Assembly (NCBI GenBank): GCA_965645245.1
Contig: OZ287070.1
Coordinates: 1,116,001 to 1,180,000 of the forward strand
Length of the DNA: 64,000 nt
Direction: 5' to 3'
Source of the DNA: Massalongia carnosa
Lineage: Eukaryota
Under the pieces are notes generated by a model. That model ran no database searches. It was not told the DNA's origin and saw nothing but the letters and a program-made list of their open reading frames with translations. Each line of letters opens with the position of its first letter. The first letter of the stretch is position 1. Shown piece after piece: positions 60,535-64,000 of the stretch. The position numbers were made by a program, and so were the translations under genes.

Positions 60535-63500
60535 GGGGTGTTCTGTTTTCCGTTTTGGAGTAGAGGATGAAATGGAAGGGGTGAAATTAGATATTAGGGG
60601 GGAGGACAGGGACAGGGACAGGGACAGGGAACAGGACTAGAGGGAGAATTCTAGATTCTCATGGTGGGCTTTTCTACGTGCGGGTGCTGCTTACTTGCTT
60701 GCTCGATGGATAGACGGATGGGCGTGCTATGCGCGCGCGCTCTCTCTCTCTCTCTTAATATCCTCTTCTTCTGTATTGTTTGTCCATTACGCTTTTTTCC
60801 GGCCTCACACTCAAAAGAGCGAGCAACGGCGCGGCAGGTACGGGGGGGTAGGCGTTTTTCGTACACATCTGAATACATCGGAGGTAAGGTTAGGCAGCTA
60901 GCTACCAAAATATGCTTAGATAGGAGAGCTGGTCTAGTCTAGTCTTGAACAACGAATAGCCTGCAGCAGGTACATTGTTCACTCTAGGAAGGAGAGGTGG
61001 TACGATGCGAATTCCCGTGAGGGAGCGCTGCTGGACATGGAACCCAAAAGGGAGCTGGTTCAGGTGATGGAACGGGAAAGGAGAAAGAGTGAGAGACGGG
61101 GTTAGTAGGATTCTCGGATCTTGGAAAGAAAGGGATGGCTAAGCTATCGAAGGTTCTGGAGTAGGAAGGGTTTTAGGGGTGAAGCTGACGCGCGGGTTAT
61201 GTGGGGGAAAAAGGGGGGGGTCATAGGAAGGTAGTTCTGGGCATTTCCCTATTTACTGATAATGTTAGGCTGGTATAGGTAATTTTCATGGTTGAAATGT
61301 AGGAACAACTCGGAACATAACATTTAGGCAATTTTGCAAGGTGTTTGTCAACACGCCTGATATCCGGGGGAGGGATATCAGACGCGCTCTTCACATCTCT
61401 TTGCCTAGACTGTAGCTAATCCCTCAATAACTAGGGGCTTTGGTTTTCTATCCATGAACCACGATTGGAGAAATCCTTGTAAAAAAAGTGCGTGCCGTTT
61501 GTTGCTGGATCTTTCCGCCACGACATTGCTCACCAATGCCGATAGGTTTCTTTCTGGTTGTTAAAGGATATCTATCTGGAAATTTGAGGTTTGGAAATCG
61601 AAAAGGAAATGGAAGAGTTTAGACAAAACCATACTTATCAGGGTAATACTAGGAACCATTTTACTTAACCGAAATCGAGAAGAATGAATGTAGAATGTAC
61701 GAGAGAAATTTTTGCAATTTAGCTGTTCAAGCGAAAGTGTAGTTAAGCATGATACTTTGATAATAGCATGAGGGAGGGCAGCGAGGAAGGCCGTGTTTAT
61801 GATAAGAGTGGTGACAAGAAGAGATTAAGGATACCAATTTATGATTGACAATAGACGTCTGTTCGGTATAAAGTTGTTGGAATCATTGTGGCAGGTTCCT
61901 ACACGAACTGGTTGAGTTGGTAAGATGCGCAAGATTTAGATAGAAGCCATGCTTACTCCGAGCAAAATTGCACCATCAACCTTCTCTGATCTAACAATTG
62001 TGGTAGAATAGAAACCCGGAAAATATTAGCAGTATCTCTACTTCAATTTCCATTTGAAGTCCCACTCACATAAAATAATTGGAATTTGAAGCACCATCCC
62101 CACCAGAGTAATCGGAATCGAATTGTACCCTGGCTCCCGCCTCTCTTCCCTCCGAAGAGAAAAGAGAAAGGCAAAAGCCAGAGGCACGCTGCGTATTGCA
62201 CTAAAGTGTCATACCTTTCCTCCCTTGGATCCCAACCCCAAGGCCCTCCATGACAGAGAGCTTGAAGAAGGTGTCCAAAAGAGTTAGAAGTACACACAAT
62301 CTTCGCAACGGCTCTCCCATAGGAAACACCCATACCTCAGTTCAATCCACCTCGACAACCTTTTCTCGCCGCCCCCACCGAAGTAGAGACAACGAAATTA
62401 GAGAATAGAGCAGGAGAAAGTCGGTTGGGGTTCCTGCTTTTCTGATGCCAATTGCAGAACGCTTGCGCGTCAGGCCCTCGCAGGCAGAAAACCCCAGCAC
62501 TTTTCACTCCGAAGAGTTTGAGTGGAAGGGGTTTTGTGGGATTATGAAGATTACTCCGAATTTCTCATTTGCATGATGGAGACATTCTGCGGCCGAGCGC
62601 AGATATCATTCGTAAGCAAAGAAACGCAGCGTTGGTGGAGATGGTGCTTGAAGGAAAAGGAAGAAGAAGAAGAAGAGAATATGACTCTAATGTTTCTTCT
62701 GTGGCGTTTTTTTCTGCCGACTTAACTAGGAGAGCGGTGAATGATAACCCCCGCACTATCCCCAAGTAAGCTTAACGTGCTACAGAGTACGAGTAACTAC
62801 AGTGTACTCCATCGCCAGATGACTAAGCAGGCAAACGACTTAGATACTTTCTATTAAAGTACAAGGTATGGTACTTATGGTGTTTAACACCATCAAACAT
62901 AGATTATACTCTGATTTTTGTCATCCACCGGTCATTTTAGACGACTCTTGCTTATAGAGCACGGATTTTCCAACGGGAATTCCGTTTCCTTTGATCTGCT
63001 CAAGCTTTGCCCGAAATCGTTCATTGTTGCACAAAATCGACTAATTTCCCCTTGAGCGGGTTTGGTGCCACCGTTTCCCGGCTCAACTTCACGTTGCCGA
63101 TGGCATTTCGATGCTTGGATCTATCAAGCACGGCGAGGCAATTTCCGCTTCCACGTTTTGAGAAGGGGGAAAAAGCTTGTGATGCAGCCCAAAAAGTGAA
63201 AACAGACGCCCTACTCCACAAACGGCAATGCAGTTTATCGGTTAAAATATCTCGCATGATAGCACAAGCAAAGCACTGTTTTTCGTTGCTAATGATTTTA
63301 ATGAAAATAATGATGTTTCCACATTAATCAAGTGCAGTATGCATGTATTTGGGTGTTACGAGGGAAGGAAATCGTATACATATATCTGATAGACAAACTA
63401 AGCCTACGATCTCCTACTAGCTTGACTTATCTCTACGCAAGACCTAGGCGGTGCCAACGCAGGTACGGAAAGCATCAACAACGTTTCAAAAACCATGTTC

Positions 63501-64000
63501 ATGATTATTTAAGAGAGATGTGTGTATTGCCACACGGAAAGAAGCAACATCAGCACGTCAAGTCGCAAAGATCAATGATAATGTTGCATTCCTAAGGTTG
63601 GCCAGCGATATGTTCTTGTTTTGCGATAGGTATAGGAGAACCTTTCTGCTTTGCGTTGATTGGGTAATTTGGGTCGCATGATGATGATACATGTCTAAAG
63701 ACTGTTGGTGGAACACAACCACACTAAGTGGAGCGGCAGTGGCTTTATCACACGTAATGATACGCCCGAAATCCTAGTTGTCCCGAAAGAGTATGGATAA
63801 GTAGAGGTACAGAGTACTAGTCCCTGAGTGACCGTTTCTCCTCTACGATGGGCTCAAAGTCTTATTCTGTACACTTGTGATGCACGCATAACGGGACAGA
63901 GTACCTAACTACTTGTGAAGATGTAAACCTCTCCGAGTTCAGATTCCTAGAAACGTCTGAACGTCTTTGGAAGCCATATTGCGCTTTCCTCCAACTAACC

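Noticed and set aside
62415..62570. Minus-strand GAGAAATTCGGAG ... AACCCCAACCGAC resembling RNase P RNA CR-I/CR-V
   Set aside because: P4 pairing is imperfect and the ~140-nt spacing seems too short; it would need an Infernal hit.
63328..63341. ATCAAGTGCAGTAT resembling the U2 snRNA branch-pairing region
   Set aside because: Mismatch in the invariant GTAGTA and no flanking U2 similarity.

Overview
Eukaryotic nuclear DNA from a filamentous ascomycete (Pezizomycotina). The short GT-AG introns with CTRAY branch sites and the gene families support this; a lichen-forming fungus is only a guess. About 15 host genes are recognisable: a multi-dsRBD protein, an F-box protein, a peroxisomal MDR oxidoreductase, two MFS transporters, Gly-rich and PIR cell-surface proteins, a nitrilase-family omega-amidase, Nup2, SCP2, an Sln1/TcsB hybrid histidine kinase, a Rax1-type RGS protein and a few unknowns. 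The most structured signal is two transposon nests, mostly resolvable at base level. (1) 1789-7870: a nearly intact hAT element with an 8-bp TSD, 22 bp from a Tc1 DD34E element that itself carries an internally deleted Mutator-like element and a 163-bp solo LTR. (2) 25438-27350: a Tc1-like element with unusual DD41E spacing nested inside a MITE, followed by a second MITE, 75 bp upstream of a host start codon and next to a decayed two-domain secreted-protein gene. No rRNA, tRNA or CRISPR array could be supported. All assignments come from reading motifs; no searches were run.
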